A DNA stretch of 64,000 bases from an uncultured Methanosarcinales archaeon (GTDB lineage: Archaea > Nanobdellota > Nanobdellia > Woesearchaeales > GW2011-AR9): positions 286,705-350,704 of the forward strand of contig CAYFJV010000001.1 in the NCBI GenBank assembly GCA_964343575.1, written 5' to 3'. Shown here piece by piece: positions 29,382 through 39,454 of this stretch. The notes below the pieces were generated by a model. That model searched no databases, had not been told where the DNA came from, and saw only the letters and a list, made by a program, of their open reading frames with translations. A program made the translations under genes and the position numbers. The first letter of the stretch is position 1. Each line of letters begins with the position of its first letter.

Positions 29382-31763
29382 TTAGGCCACGTGTCTCTCT
29401 TGATAAGGTTGGTTTGCTGCTTGGTAAGCGTCTCGTAATGCTGCTTGCTGCTCGGGAGTAGGAAGCGCAGCGTTAGGAGGCAATCCACTTGGTGTTTGTG
29501 TTTGGTTTGCCTGTTGCTGACTTAGCCTCTCTTGCTCTTGCACCGAAGCATTATGCTCATCAATTGTTCTGTTGGAAGTTTCTAGATAAGGTGCAAAGTC
29601 AATATCTTCGTGACGGGCTTCTACTGGCACTCCGCCCCTTCCAATTTGTTGATGCTGAATAAGCTCTCCAATCCCGTTAGGGAAGAGACGGTATACACCT
29701 GGTCTTTCTTCTCGCACAATTGTTCCTTCTCTATCAAGTACATCAGTTAAAGAACCAGTCTCATAGCTAAGACCTTCTCTCATCTCGGGAGAGAGATAGG
29801 TTTTTCCTGCTGGTCCAAGGAGATATTCACCACGTTTATCAGCAAGAACCTTTCTGCCAGCAGAGATAGCACTTCTTACTGTCTTGATTTCTTCATTATC
29901 ATACTTCCCAGTAAGAGACTGCTTAAAGACATCCTCTAATCCAAATAAATCTCCAAGTTCCTCGTTGCTAAACTTGTAACCACTAGCTTCTTTTCTTTTG
30001 AAAGCGTTAGTTTGCAAGAAGTCTTCTTCTTCCAAAAGTCCCTTTTGACTTGCTTGTATCCAAAGCTCTTGCGCCTCTTCTTTATGGAGCTCACGTTTAC
30101 GTTCTACACTTGTAGGAGTGTGTAAATCTGCAAGTGCTTGCCATTGTTCTTGAGTAACTCCCTCTAGAAAATAAGATTGTAAACCAACAACATCTTTCTT
30201 GTTTTCGTATACCTTTTTAGAAAGTTTCTCTGACCAATTAAAAGGAACATTCTCAGTATCATTCCCTGGAAGATGAAGTACATCTAGAATATCTTCTTCT
30301 CCTATACCATAAGCCATCTGACTTAGTGCCTCACAAAGTACTTTTCGATCAGCACTCTGTGATTCAAGCTTAGCAAAATCTAATCTCAATCTTCTTGCTG
30401 CTGCTCTTGCTACTTCCCTGTGCACTTTTCCTTGAATCTCTTCTTGATCTTTGTCACTTATTTTTTTCTCTAAGATGTGCTTATTGAGATACTTATTTCT
30501 TACAAGATCAGTTGCTGCTTTTACCTCTGTTCTCTGATTCTTGATTCTTTCTTCTGAAAGAAATAAATTGTGGCGAAGGCGAGTGTCTAATTCATCAGCA
30601 CTCAAGCCTTCATACTCTACATTTATCTCCTGTTTATGGTGAGGGTCATCAGCGTAGAAGTCTTTTCTTGGTGCTGCAAAGTCCTTTGCAACCATTCTTC
30701 CGATATGATTCACTTTAACTTCTTCTCTCTCATGATCTACTACGTGCTCTCTATAGAGTTCAACATCAACAGTGTCTGTGTTTGGGTCATGATACATCCT
30801 GTACTCTTCAACTTGAACAAGGTCCCCAGTTGCATTATCAAATTCGGCAACAGCTATACTTGCGTGAGATCCCTTGTTGCCTCCAAAAGCAGAAAGTGTA
30901 GAAACTCCAGGAGTAAACTTAAGCTGCTTTTTCTTAATACCATTTAGCCGATCTTCAGTAGTATCATACCATACTTTTGTCCCACCATGTAGATGGCCAA
31001 AACTAAGTAAACCTGGTCTCTCTGCTCCGATCAATTCTCTCTCGATAAGACCTTCTCTTATGGTCTCTGCACTCTTTTCACCATGAGGGGAATGGTCAGG
31101 GCTGTGCACCATCACTTCATGAATCTTCTTTTGACGAAGCAAATGCTTTTTTCCTGGTCTTGCTCTATCAATTGCTTTGTTTGGGTAGTCAGCTAGACAA
31201 CCTTCAAGATTAAAAGCCCCCCCTCCAGAGACAGCAAGTACCTTTCTTCCATTTTCATCGTACATCCCATTGAGTAGATTGTCTCCAAAAACTTCTTTCA
31301 TTACTCCTTCTGGATCATGATTCCCACCAAGACCCTTCAATTTTCCACCAAAGGTTTTGTTCACATGAGAAAGAATTTTTCTTGAGATATTTTCTCTTAC
31401 ACCTTTATATCTAAGACCGGCTGCAGCTCGCTCAATCTGCTCTTTTGTGTAAGTTCCTTTTTTGATTTTTTCTTGAAGTCCATTATTTGCTTCTAAACGC
31501 CATTTTATGCCAGTAGCCCTTAACTCTTCTTTAAAAGAGATTTCAGATGCCCCATGCTCAATGATATCACCATGGCTAATAACTTCTAAATCCTCTTCCT
31601 CTGCAAGCCAAGCAGCCACAGCATAAGCAAAGGGGTTTTCATGGGAATCAGTGAAACGAACACTCTTTGTAGTTCCTTGGCTTCCTAAAGCTGGCGCCAG
31701 ATCTGTGGAATTTTCCACACTTTCTCGTACGATATCCTCGATAGAACTTGGCGCTTGGGACAT
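29382..31763 (-). CDS. Large protein with N-terminal calcineurin-like metallophosphoesterase domain
   Basis: DSH, HGD, GNHD, H and GHLH motifs in the expected order. Confidence 0.75.
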   Translation of the reverse strand: MSQAPSSIEDIVRESVENSTDLAPALGSQGTTKSVRFTDSHENPFAYAVAAWLAEEEDLEVISHGDIIEHGASEISFKEELRATGIKWRLEANNGLQEKIKKGTYTKEQIERAAAGLRYKGVRENISRKILSHVNKTFGGKLKGLGGNHDPEGVMKEVFGDNLLNGMYDENGRKVLAVSGGGAFNLEGCLADYPNKAIDRARPGKKHLLRQKKIHEVMVHSPDHSPHGEKSAETIREGLIERELIGAERPGLLSFGHLHGGTKVWYDTTEDRLNGIKKKQLKFTPGVSTLSAFGGNKGSHASIAVAEFDNATGDLVQVEEYRMYHDPNTDTVDVELYREHVVDHEREEVKVNHIGRMVAKDFAAPRKDFYADDPHHKQEINVEYEGLSADELDTRLRHNLFLSEERIKNQRTEVKAATDLVRNKYLNKHILEKKISDKDQEEIQGKVHREVARAAARRLRLDFAKLESQSADRKVLCEALSQMAYGIGEEDILDVLHLPGNDTENVPFNWSEKLSKKVYENKKDVVGLQSYFLEGVTQEQWQALADLHTPTSVERKRELHKEEAQELWIQASQKGLLEEEDFLQTNAFKRKEASGYKFSNEELGDLFGLEDVFKQSLTGKYDNEEIKTVRSAISAGRKVLADKRGEYLLGPAGKTYLSPEMREGLSYETGSLTDVLDREGTIVREERPGVYRLFPNGIGELIQHQQIGRGGVPVEARHEDIDFAPYLETSNRTIDEHNASVQEQERLSQQQANQTQTPSGLPPNAALPTPEQQAALRDAYQAANQPYQERHVA

Positions 31764-32013
31764 ATTCTCCTCGATAAAGGACTACTATTTAAACTTTTCT
31801 GTTGTTTTGTCACCAGTTAGTGACAAATGTTTCTGGGCAGAGATTTTGTGTCATAAAAGTCATGTTTTTTGATCAAAATGTCCCAGTTAGTGGAGTAAGA
31901 CTTAAATCTTGGGGAACTATTGCCTGCAAAGAGTGAAATAAAAGTCACACTTAAAAGCAAATTACTAGAGATTAAGAAAAAGACGACAAAAAGTGATTTA
32001 TGGGGAGAAAAAC

Positions 32014-34083
32014 ATGGCAAAAAAGAAGAGTTCTAAAAAAAGTATTTCAGCAAAATCAATGAAGGCAGTTGGTAAAGGAGCAAAAGGAAAGAAAGCAGCT
32101 AGCTCCAAAGGGATTCCTCTCCCTCCTGGACCAGTAGGCCAGCAAAAACTTCCTCCTGAATTAGAGAAAAAAATCAAGAAGATGCAAGCTAAACTTGACA
32201 AGTTTAAGGAAAAAGTACTCGCTAAATTTGGGGATTATATTGTGGGGATTACTGTTTTACCTCCTGAAAAACCACGAGCACCAGGGAAGGCTGGAATGCC
32301 TGGAGCTCCATTGCCTCCAGGAGTTGCTCCAGGAGCTTATCCTCCTATGGGCTATCCTATGCAGGGCCAAGTAGGAGCACCAGGAGTAATGCAAGCTGCT
32401 GCAGGAAAACAAGCAGGTAAGGGCAAGGCTCCAGCAAAGGATGGAGGAGTCAAACCAGAAGAGCGTATCGATTTAATGATCGTTGTTGATGATACTACCA
32501 GTAAAAAGATGTCTAAGGATCAATTGCATCGAAAGTTCTCAACCATTATTGATCAGATGGCAGTGGACATTGACAAAAAAATGTTTACACAAAGCGTGCT
32601 TCTCACCGATCTTTGGCAAAACAGTTATGATGGAAAATATGATCTTAACAAACTTATTGCTATGAGTCATGCGATCTACGATAAAGGTATGCTTGCTGCA
32701 ATTAAGATTGCTGAAATCCACAAAAGTATGGTTATCAAAAAGTTTGAGAAGTACATTTTGAGTTATGTTCTTGCAGGATCACTCACCCAAGGAAGAGCAA
32801 CCGCTACAAGCGACATTGATGTGTGGATTGTCATTGATGATACTGATGTCAAGAAGATGTCTCGCATTGAGCTTAAAGATAAGCTACGTTCCATTATTAT
32901 TGGTATGGGACTCGATGCAGGAGACATTACAGGTATTAAAAACAAGTTAAACATTCAAGTTTACATTCTCACTGACTTTTGGGACTCTCTTAAAGAAGCA
33001 AACCCAATCATTTTTACTTTGCTTCGTGATGGGGTTCCTTTCTATGACAGAGGAATATTCATGCCATGGAAACAGTTGCTCCGTTTAGGTAAAATTAAAC
33101 CGAGTCGAGAGGCAATTGATATTTTCATGAATTCGGGAAGACAGGTGGTAAAAAGGTTAGAGAATGAGCTGCGTAAAATAGGAATGGAAGATTTCTATTA
33201 CGCTACGCTCACTCCTTCCCAAGCAGCACTGATGCTTTATGGGATGCCACCACCAACTCCACGAGAGACAGTGGACATCATGGAAGAAGTTTTTGTGAAA
33301 AAAGAAAAGCTTCTCGAGAAAAAGTATGTGGACATCTTGCGTAAGAACATTAAGATTCGAAAGGATCTTGAACATGGTAGCAAGAAAACCTTCACAGGAA
33401 AAGAACTGGATGCTATGATCAAAGATGCTAAGGCTTACCTTGAGCGGATTGAAAAACTCTTTGAGCAAATCCAAGCAAAGCACGATAAGAAAACAATCTT
33501 ACATCTTTATGATGAGGTTGTTACTATCATTCGAGACATCATGCGTATTGAAGATGGGGGGAAGGGAAAAATTGCTGAGAAAGATATTGCAAAAGTCTTT
33601 GAGAAGGAACTGGTTACTCCAGGAAAGATTCCTTCTAAGTATCTTCGTGATGTAAAAGATGTACTTAGTGCTAAGAAAAAGTTTGATTCTGGGAAATTAA
33701 GTAAAGCAGAAATTGAGAAGACTCGAAAAGTTGCAGTTGTTCTGATTCGTTTCTTGGTTGAGTACATGCAAAGGCGCCGTGGTCGCGAACTTGAGCGTGC
33801 AAAGATTCGTGTCAAGCATGGAAGCAAATTTGGTGAGGTTACCTTACTTGGCGATGAAGCTTTTATCATTTATGATATTGATGCTCGGGATAAACTAGAA
33901 GTCACCAAATGTAAAGTCAATAAAGATGGGAGCCTTGGAACACCCAAGAAAAGTGATCTAGAAGAGTTTGAAAAGGCTCTTGCAGCAGTGAATTTTCCTC
34001 AGCGTGTTTTCATTAAAGGTCCAATCTTTGATGACCTGCAGCGCATGTTTGGGAAGGATGTAGAAGTCTTGTTGCATTATTAG
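32014..34083 (+). CDS. Nucleotidyltransferase-domain protein with HEPN-like domain
   Basis: GSLTQG...SDIDV; YYATL..SQAAL helix; RKDLEH; Pro/Gly/Ala-rich insert. Confidence 0.8.
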   Translation: MAKKKSSKKSISAKSMKAVGKGAKGKKAASSKGIPLPPGPVGQQKLPPELEKKIKKMQAKLDKFKEKVLAKFGDYIVGITVLPPEKPRAPGKAGMPGAPLPPGVAPGAYPPMGYPMQGQVGAPGVMQAAAGKQAGKGKAPAKDGGVKPEERIDLMIVVDDTTSKKMSKDQLHRKFSTIIDQMAVDIDKKMFTQSVLLTDLWQNSYDGKYDLNKLIAMSHAIYDKGMLAAIKIAEIHKSMVIKKFEKYILSYVLAGSLTQGRATATSDIDVWIVIDDTDVKKMSRIELKDKLRSIIIGMGLDAGDITGIKNKLNIQVYILTDFWDSLKEANPIIFTLLRDGVPFYDRGIFMPWKQLLRLGKIKPSREAIDIFMNSGRQVVKRLENELRKIGMEDFYYATLTPSQAALMLYGMPPPTPRETVDIMEEVFVKKEKLLEKKYVDILRKNIKIRKDLEHGSKKTFTGKELDAMIKDAKAYLERIEKLFEQIQAKHDKKTILHLYDEVVTIIRDIMRIEDGGKGKIAEKDIAKVFEKELVTPGKIPSKYLRDVKDVLSAKKKFDSGKLSKAEIEKTRKVAVVLIRFLVEYMQRRRGRELERAKIRVKHGSKFGEVTLLGDEAFIIYDIDARDKLEVTKCKVNKDGSLGTPKKSDLEEFEKALAAVNFPQRVFIKGPIFDDLQRMFGKDVEVLLHY

Positions 34084-34191
34084 TTGGGGAGATTTTATTT
34101 TTTGTTTTTTTCTTTGTTTTTATTCTCCTCTTTCTTATTTTTACTTTATTCTTGATTTCCTTAATTCTTTTATAGTTGAAGTGGTAGAGAG

Positions 34192-34719
34192 ATGGCAATG
34201 ACAGATGAGCGAGTATTTAAGAAAATTTGTTCCTTACTTGATGGTGCAGGAGTTGAGTATGTGGTGAAGCGACACGCGCCAACGCCAACTTCAGAAGAGT
34301 CTGCAAAAGCTCGAGGAGAGCCCATCAAAATTGGAGCTAAAGCATTGTTTTTGAAAAGTAAGAAAGGTTTTTGCTTAGCAGTAATTCCTGCGAACCGGCG
34401 CCTTGATACTAAGAAAGTTAAGAAACTACTTGGAAGCAAAAGTTTGCGTTTTGCAAATGATGTGGAGCGAGAGGAGTTACTTGGTTTGCCAAAGGGTGCA
34501 ATCCCTCCTTTTGGTTTTTTGCTTGGTCAAGAGAAGGAAGAAGGAATTGAAGCTTCTGGTGGAGCGTTTATGCTCGTTGATAGAGCTCTGTTTGAAGAGG
34601 AGAAAGTTGCTTTCAATGCAGGATCTCTTAAAATCTCTGTTTTGATGAAGAGTGTAGATTATCGTAAAGTTATCTCTGGAAGGAAGAATGTTGTTGAGGG
34701 AGAGTTTAGTTCATTGTAA
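34192..34719 (+). CDS. YbaK/ProX aminoacyl-tRNA deacylase
   Basis: H.P..TSEES, GAKALFLK, GAIPPFG, FNAG. Confidence 0.88.
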   Translation: MAMTDERVFKKICSLLDGAGVEYVVKRHAPTPTSEESAKARGEPIKIGAKALFLKSKKGFCLAVIPANRRLDTKKVKKLLGSKSLRFANDVEREELLGLPKGAIPPFGFLLGQEKEEGIEASGGAFMLVDRALFEEEKVAFNAGSLKISVLMKSVDYRKVISGRKNVVEGEFSSL

Positions 34720-34721
34720 TC

Positions 34722-35633
34722 TTACTCTTTTGTGATAAGGTAAAATATCTCGTTACTCTTTTTGATAATTTTGTAGTTGTAATTAAGACGTTTACATAAA
34801 AGCTCAACCCATTTTCTCCTTGGAGCAACCATGGTCTTTCCACTTACTGTTCTAGTTGGAAAACTTAGGATAACATGTTTTGCAGGAAGATGTTTAAGCA
34901 CAAGTTCTGTTCTTTTGTGACCTTTATTTTGATCAAGTACATCGGTTACTTTGAGAAGAAAACAAAGATCGGCTTGATGCATGTGCTCAATCTTTTCCCA
35001 TTGAAGCAAATCAAAAATTTTTGCCTTCCCTTTAAAGAAAGGATAACATTCTTGCACTTTTCTAAAAAAAATGTTAAGTTGCTTTGCTTCCTCTTTGTTA
35101 ATGTCAAATGCAAAATAGTGCAAGGGAGTTTTTCTGCTTTTTATGAGAAGCTTGCTGTGAATGAGAGAAAGCGGATGCATTCCTGCACCAAGGTCTAGTA
35201 TCTTCTCTGGTTTGCCAGTGTGTTTGAAGATGTCTTTGTAGAGTTGTTCATAAAAAGAAGATCTCTCTTTACTTGATGCGTGAGTCTGAAGAAGTTCTTG
35301 AGAAAGCTCTCTGAGTTCTTTATACTCTTTGCTCTTTTTGAGCTTCTTGAAAAGTTCTTCCCTCTTTCTGAGCTCTTGCTTTTCTTGGAAGAGACCGTGG
35401 AATCTGCGTAATTTTGCTCTTATTTTTTTGACTATTTGTTTATACTCTTCTGCCCTTGGGCTTATTTTCTTTTTTGCTAGATAAAGTGCTGCCTTTCTCT
35501 CCGTTTTAAGAAAAGTGAAGAGTTGGTCGCGGATGAAGCTGCGATCCACCGCTTGCAGTTCTTTTTTTTCTTGTACCTTATCAAGGAGTTCAAGAACTCT
35601 TTGCTCATCTATTACTAGGTTGTGCACCAGCAT
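34722..35633 (-). CDS. FmrO/ArmA/Rmt-like 16S rRNA methyltransferase
   Basis: HASSKER, LDLGAGMHPLS, FLLKV..VLD, SFPTRTVSG. Confidence 0.8.
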   Translation of the reverse strand: MLVHNLVIDEQRVLELLDKVQEKKELQAVDRSFIRDQLFTFLKTERKAALYLAKKKISPRAEEYKQIVKKIRAKLRRFHGLFQEKQELRKREELFKKLKKSKEYKELRELSQELLQTHASSKERSSFYEQLYKDIFKHTGKPEKILDLGAGMHPLSLIHSKLLIKSRKTPLHYFAFDINKEEAKQLNIFFRKVQECYPFFKGKAKIFDLLQWEKIEHMHQADLCFLLKVTDVLDQNKGHKRTELVLKHLPAKHVILSFPTRTVSGKTMVAPRRKWVELLCKRLNYNYKIIKKSNEIFYLITKE

Positions 35634-35706
35634 TGCAGGGGCTTAAGAGAAATGTGTATAAAAAGCTTTTTAAAGATGAAAAAGAGCTTTGCTCATTGTG
35701 ATTGTT

Positions 35707-36396
35707 ATGGATTTTGATCTTTTTGCAAACAGACGAGCTCAGAGCGATGGTGGTTGGGCTAAGAGACTTTGGCATTTTCTTTGGCATGACGATTCTGCAG
35801 CGAGTTGGGTTGCAAATGTGGTTATTGCTTTTTTGATCATTCGTTTCCTTTTCTATCCTTTGCTTGGCTTAGTACTTGGAACTAGTTTTCCGGTTGTTGC
35901 CGTAATGAGTGAGAGCATGGAACATGGCTTGCATAATGGCGAAATTTGTGGGCAGACATTTAGTTCCTTCCCTGAGAGCTTTGATAGTTGGTGGAACATT
36001 TGTGGTTATTGGTATGAAGATAAGGGTATTGAAAAAAGTGACTTTGAAAAATTTCCTTTAAAGAATGGTTTCAATAAGGGAGATATTATTGTGCTCTGGA
36101 GAGCAAACTCTGCTAATGTTGAAGTTGGAGATGTTTTAGTATTCTGGGGGGATTTACCACACCCAATTATTCATCGAGTCGTCGATAGTTGGGTTACTGG
36201 AGAAGTTGGTGCTGAAGAAGTTCATTATCAAACAAAGGGTGATCATAACAGAGATAGTTTTGGTGGATTTATGGGAGAAGAAGATATTACTGAAGATCGT
36301 GTTCTAGGTAAAGGCATTATTCGCATCCCTTACCTTGGTTGGATTAAAATTCTCTTTGTTGACTTTTTAAGCATTTTTGGCTTTCAGTTTGCTTGA
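35707..36396 (+). CDS. Signal peptidase I (S26, archaeal type)
   Basis: VMSESMEH, GD, PIIHRV, TKGDHN. Confidence 0.9.
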   Translation: MDFDLFANRRAQSDGGWAKRLWHFLWHDDSAASWVANVVIAFLIIRFLFYPLLGLVLGTSFPVVAVMSESMEHGLHNGEICGQTFSSFPESFDSWWNICGYWYEDKGIEKSDFEKFPLKNGFNKGDIIVLWRANSANVEVGDVLVFWGDLPHPIIHRVVDSWVTGEVGAEEVHYQTKGDHNRDSFGGFMGEEDITEDRVLGKGIIRIPYLGWIKILFVDFLSIFGFQFA

Positions 36397-36562
36397 ATTA
36401 GATCGATCGCTCTTTTTTTGCCTATTTTTTATTTATTCTTAAGTGTGTATGGGACAGAGTAACAAAGTTTTTAAAGGGAAAACTCTCCTTTCTGGGGCTC
36501 AAGAGGAAAAAAAGAGATTATGCGTCATGCATCTGTGATATAACTTGAAGGGGTGTTGTTTT

Positions 36563-36880
36563 ATGTTTTGTCCAAAATGTGGTTCCATTTTAATGCCAAA
36601 GGAAAAAGGCGGAAAAAAAGTTCTTGCTTGCCATTCTTGTAGCTATACAAAGGATCCAGAAGGAGAGACTCTGGAGATCAAAGAAAAAGTAAGTGTTGGT
36701 AAAAAAATAGAAGTTCAACAAAGCGAACACGAACTTCTTCCAAAAGTGCGCACTGAATGTAAAAAGTGTGAAAATAACGCCGCTTATTATTGGACAAGGC
36801 AAACTCGTTCTGCAGATGAGCCAGAGACTCGTTTTTTCAAATGTACAAAGTGCAGTTATACTTGGAGAGAATATTCTTGA
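36563..36880 (+). CDS. tfs: Transcription factor S
   Basis: MFCPKCG; QTRSADEPETRFFKCTKC..TWRE. Confidence 0.95.
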   Translation: MFCPKCGSILMPKEKGGKKVLACHSCSYTKDPEGETLEIKEKVSVGKKIEVQQSEHELLPKVRTECKKCENNAAYYWTRQTRSADEPETRFFKCTKCSYTWREYS

Positions 36881-36904
36881 GCGCTGCTTGGTGGCTTAGC
36901 TAAG

Positions 36905-37429
36905 ATGACAAGTAAGACCGTTCAAGAGGATTATAGGGCGTTGCTTAAGAGTTCTGCCTTTTTAGAGTGGAAGGAAAAACATTGTGGGGCGGTTCTCTCT
37001 CATTTCTTTTCTCAGCTTGGTTCTAACTTTACTCGAAAGCAAGAATGGGATATCGGTTTTTACACCAAAGAAGATGAAAAAATTACTGTCTTCTCTTTAG
37101 ATGCCTCTGGCAAATTTATTCTTAAGAATGTTGATGAAATTTTTAAGAAAAAGATGGATGTAGTTGAAGCATTGGAAATTGATCAAGTGGAAATTGGTTT
37201 TATTGAAGCAATTCCAAAACTGCAAATGGCACTTGAAGAGAAGTTTCCTTCACATAAAGGACTTTGGGGAGATGGTTTTATTATTTTGCAAAAGTTAGAG
37301 GGCAAAATTGTTTGGAATTGCAGCTTTATTACTAAAAAGCTAAGTATGATCAATGTAAAGCTTAGTGTGCTTGATGGTGGGATTGTTTCTTCTGTTGAGA
37401 TGAATTTTTTGGATAAAGGGAAACAGTAA
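36905..37429 (+). CDS. Hypothetical protein
   Basis: 174-aa ORF co-oriented with tfs. Confidence 0.75.
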   Translation: MTSKTVQEDYRALLKSSAFLEWKEKHCGAVLSHFFSQLGSNFTRKQEWDIGFYTKEDEKITVFSLDASGKFILKNVDEIFKKKMDVVEALEIDQVEIGFIEAIPKLQMALEEKFPSHKGLWGDGFIILQKLEGKIVWNCSFITKKLSMINVKLSVLDGGIVSSVEMNFLDKGKQ

Positions 37430-37571
37430 GAGAGATTGTGTGACAGTATTTTGTTTTGTAGTGAATCTTAATTTTCTTTGTTAAGTGGTATCGGCTTGGA
37501 GACGATAAATGTTTAAATAGCTTTGCTGGAGTCTTTCTTGTTAGAGCCTTTGGCTTGAAAGGGGTGATAGA

Positions 37572-37658
37572 ATGGCAGGAATTTCTTATAAAGCGCAGGT
37601 TGGTTGTGAGCGATTACATAGCTTTTTTGTAAAAGAAGCAAAGGAGGAAGAAGAATAG
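37572..37658 (+). CDS. Putative 28-aa microprotein (not in ORF track)
   Basis: TTTAAATA box, GGGGTGA SD, MAGISYKAQVGCERLHSFFVKEAKEEEE, T-rich terminator. Confidence 0.5.
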   Translation: MAGISYKAQVGCERLHSFFVKEAKEEEE

Positions 37659-37697
37659 TTTAGGTTCTTTTTTATCTTTTATTCTTTAACACCTTTT

Positions 37698-39329
37698 CTA
37701 GTAATTTACTTCCAGTTCTAAACTTGGTAGGGGACTTGTTGGGTAGAGAAGCTCAACACGTAGTTCTGCTTGGGTTGGTCTTGGATGAGTATAGCGATCT
37801 GTAATCTGGATCTCTTCTACTGGGGTGCTTACCATGGCTGCAAGACGTCGTTGCTCGGCATCAAGTACCCTAAACCATGGTCCCGGATTAATTCGAGTAT
37901 AACCTTCTATAAGGGGCATGTCTCCTAGATCAACAGTGTATTTCCAACTTAAGTCAGCATCATTTCTACAGAGCGGACGACGAACTCGTGACCCACGATG
38001 ATGTTGAATTCGTAGAACCTCATTACCTGCAGTTTTGCTTGGGGGATCTCCAAGCCTTCCCCTTGTACTTTCACAAAGCTTAGCGAAGTATTCATCAGAG
38101 ACTGCTAACTCAAAGTGAAGATGAGGTGCTGCAGAAGCTCCTGAAGAATCCATATCTCCAAGAGGTGGGACTTGACCTTCGCCTTTTTCTTTTTCTTTAT
38201 CAATATCGATGTAAACGCAATCAAGAGATCCATGGTTTGCTCGAGATCCAAGCTCCGCTGTTACTGGTATTGGAAAGTTTTCTGGATCAACTACTATTCT
38301 TCTTCTTTCATCATCCCAAAGTTCAGGATTATAGCTTCTTGCAGTATGTCCATATAAACCAATAACTGGACTTTGTCCCGCTTCTCCAATTATTCTAAGA
38401 TCAATTCTTTCTGGGACCGTTATCACAATTGGTTCTTGATTTAGGTAACGTGAAGCATTTCCCAGCTGTCCGAATGTTAGCGGTGTGGGTGATTGTCCAA
38501 CTGGTTCTCGTTGGTAAGCCAAGCTGGTGTTCGTAAGGATAAGGGGGTTTCTTGAAGCAAGAGAAGCATTCCTTTGAAACCCATAAAGATTGTATTCTGG
38601 GCGAGAGATGGTAACTTCTCTTTCAGGAGTTACTATCTCATCATACTGCGCTGCAAAAGCAAAGAAAGTATAACCATAACCTGATGCCTTAACTACTTCA
38701 CCATTCTTCTTAGTGTAAGTTTTTGGGTTACCGATGGTGGTTTTACAATACACTCCATCAAAAACAGGTACAAGACTTATGATGTTCCCAAAATTTCTTG
38801 TGTCCGGATTAACATCAATCCCATCATGCTGCTTAGTTGGAGCTAATCTTTCTGCATCCGCTCTGGTATGCCCATCTCTCATAAGCTCCTTTATCCTAAC
38901 AGGGCTTGGTCGATCGGTGTAAGCATTCCCAACACTTGGTTGATCTGGATCGCTGAGCGTTGGTCTAGCAGGGACTGAGAAGGGGCTTTGAAACTCCGTT
39001 AAAGGAAGTGGAGATCCTAAGGCAATCAAAGGATCTATTTTATCTTCTTCTGTGAGTGGACTAATAAATTCCCCCTCAAGAAGTCGTTCAAAATCTGGAT
39101 CAAGCTCACATTCTTGGGATTGGGTTGCGTACAAGTTATCAAAATAAGCATCCCCAATCTCCTCATGATAGATCGTTCCAACTGTGAAAAGAATTGCTCC
39201 AGTCGTTAACATTTGTCTAGAAGGAGAAGGAATACGCCAATAGGCTCTTTCTAGAGCTTGCACTGTCTGAATCGGATGACAAGCAGCATTAACTACTGCT
39301 TCTAAGCACTTTTTCGGTCCAGATCTCAT
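37698..39329 (-). CDS. Large M23 metallopeptidase with insertions, possibly membrane-anchored
   Basis: HDGID, GYG, YGH, SSGASAAPHLHFE, RINP; N-terminal hydrophobic segment. Confidence 0.75.
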   Translation of the reverse strand: MRSGPKKCLEAVVNAACHPIQTVQALERAYWRIPSPSRQMLTTGAILFTVGTIYHEEIGDAYFDNLYATQSQECELDPDFERLLEGEFISPLTEEDKIDPLIALGSPLPLTEFQSPFSVPARPTLSDPDQPSVGNAYTDRPSPVRIKELMRDGHTRADAERLAPTKQHDGIDVNPDTRNFGNIISLVPVFDGVYCKTTIGNPKTYTKKNGEVVKASGYGYTFFAFAAQYDEIVTPEREVTISRPEYNLYGFQRNASLASRNPLILTNTSLAYQREPVGQSPTPLTFGQLGNASRYLNQEPIVITVPERIDLRIIGEAGQSPVIGLYGHTARSYNPELWDDERRRIVVDPENFPIPVTAELGSRANHGSLDCVYIDIDKEKEKGEGQVPPLGDMDSSGASAAPHLHFELAVSDEYFAKLCESTRGRLGDPPSKTAGNEVLRIQHHRGSRVRRPLCRNDADLSWKYTVDLGDMPLIEGYTRINPGPWFRVLDAEQRRLAAMVSTPVEEIQITDRYTHPRPTQAELRVELLYPTSPLPSLELEVNY

Positions 39330-39454
39330 GAGAATTTGCTTATTTCTCGGACCATTTTTAAATCTTGCTGTTTTTGTTACTTTTTAGTGACTATTTCTTT
39401 GGTTTTTGTAGAAAAAGAGGAGAAAAACTGAGCACTTTGTCCTCTTCAAAGATC

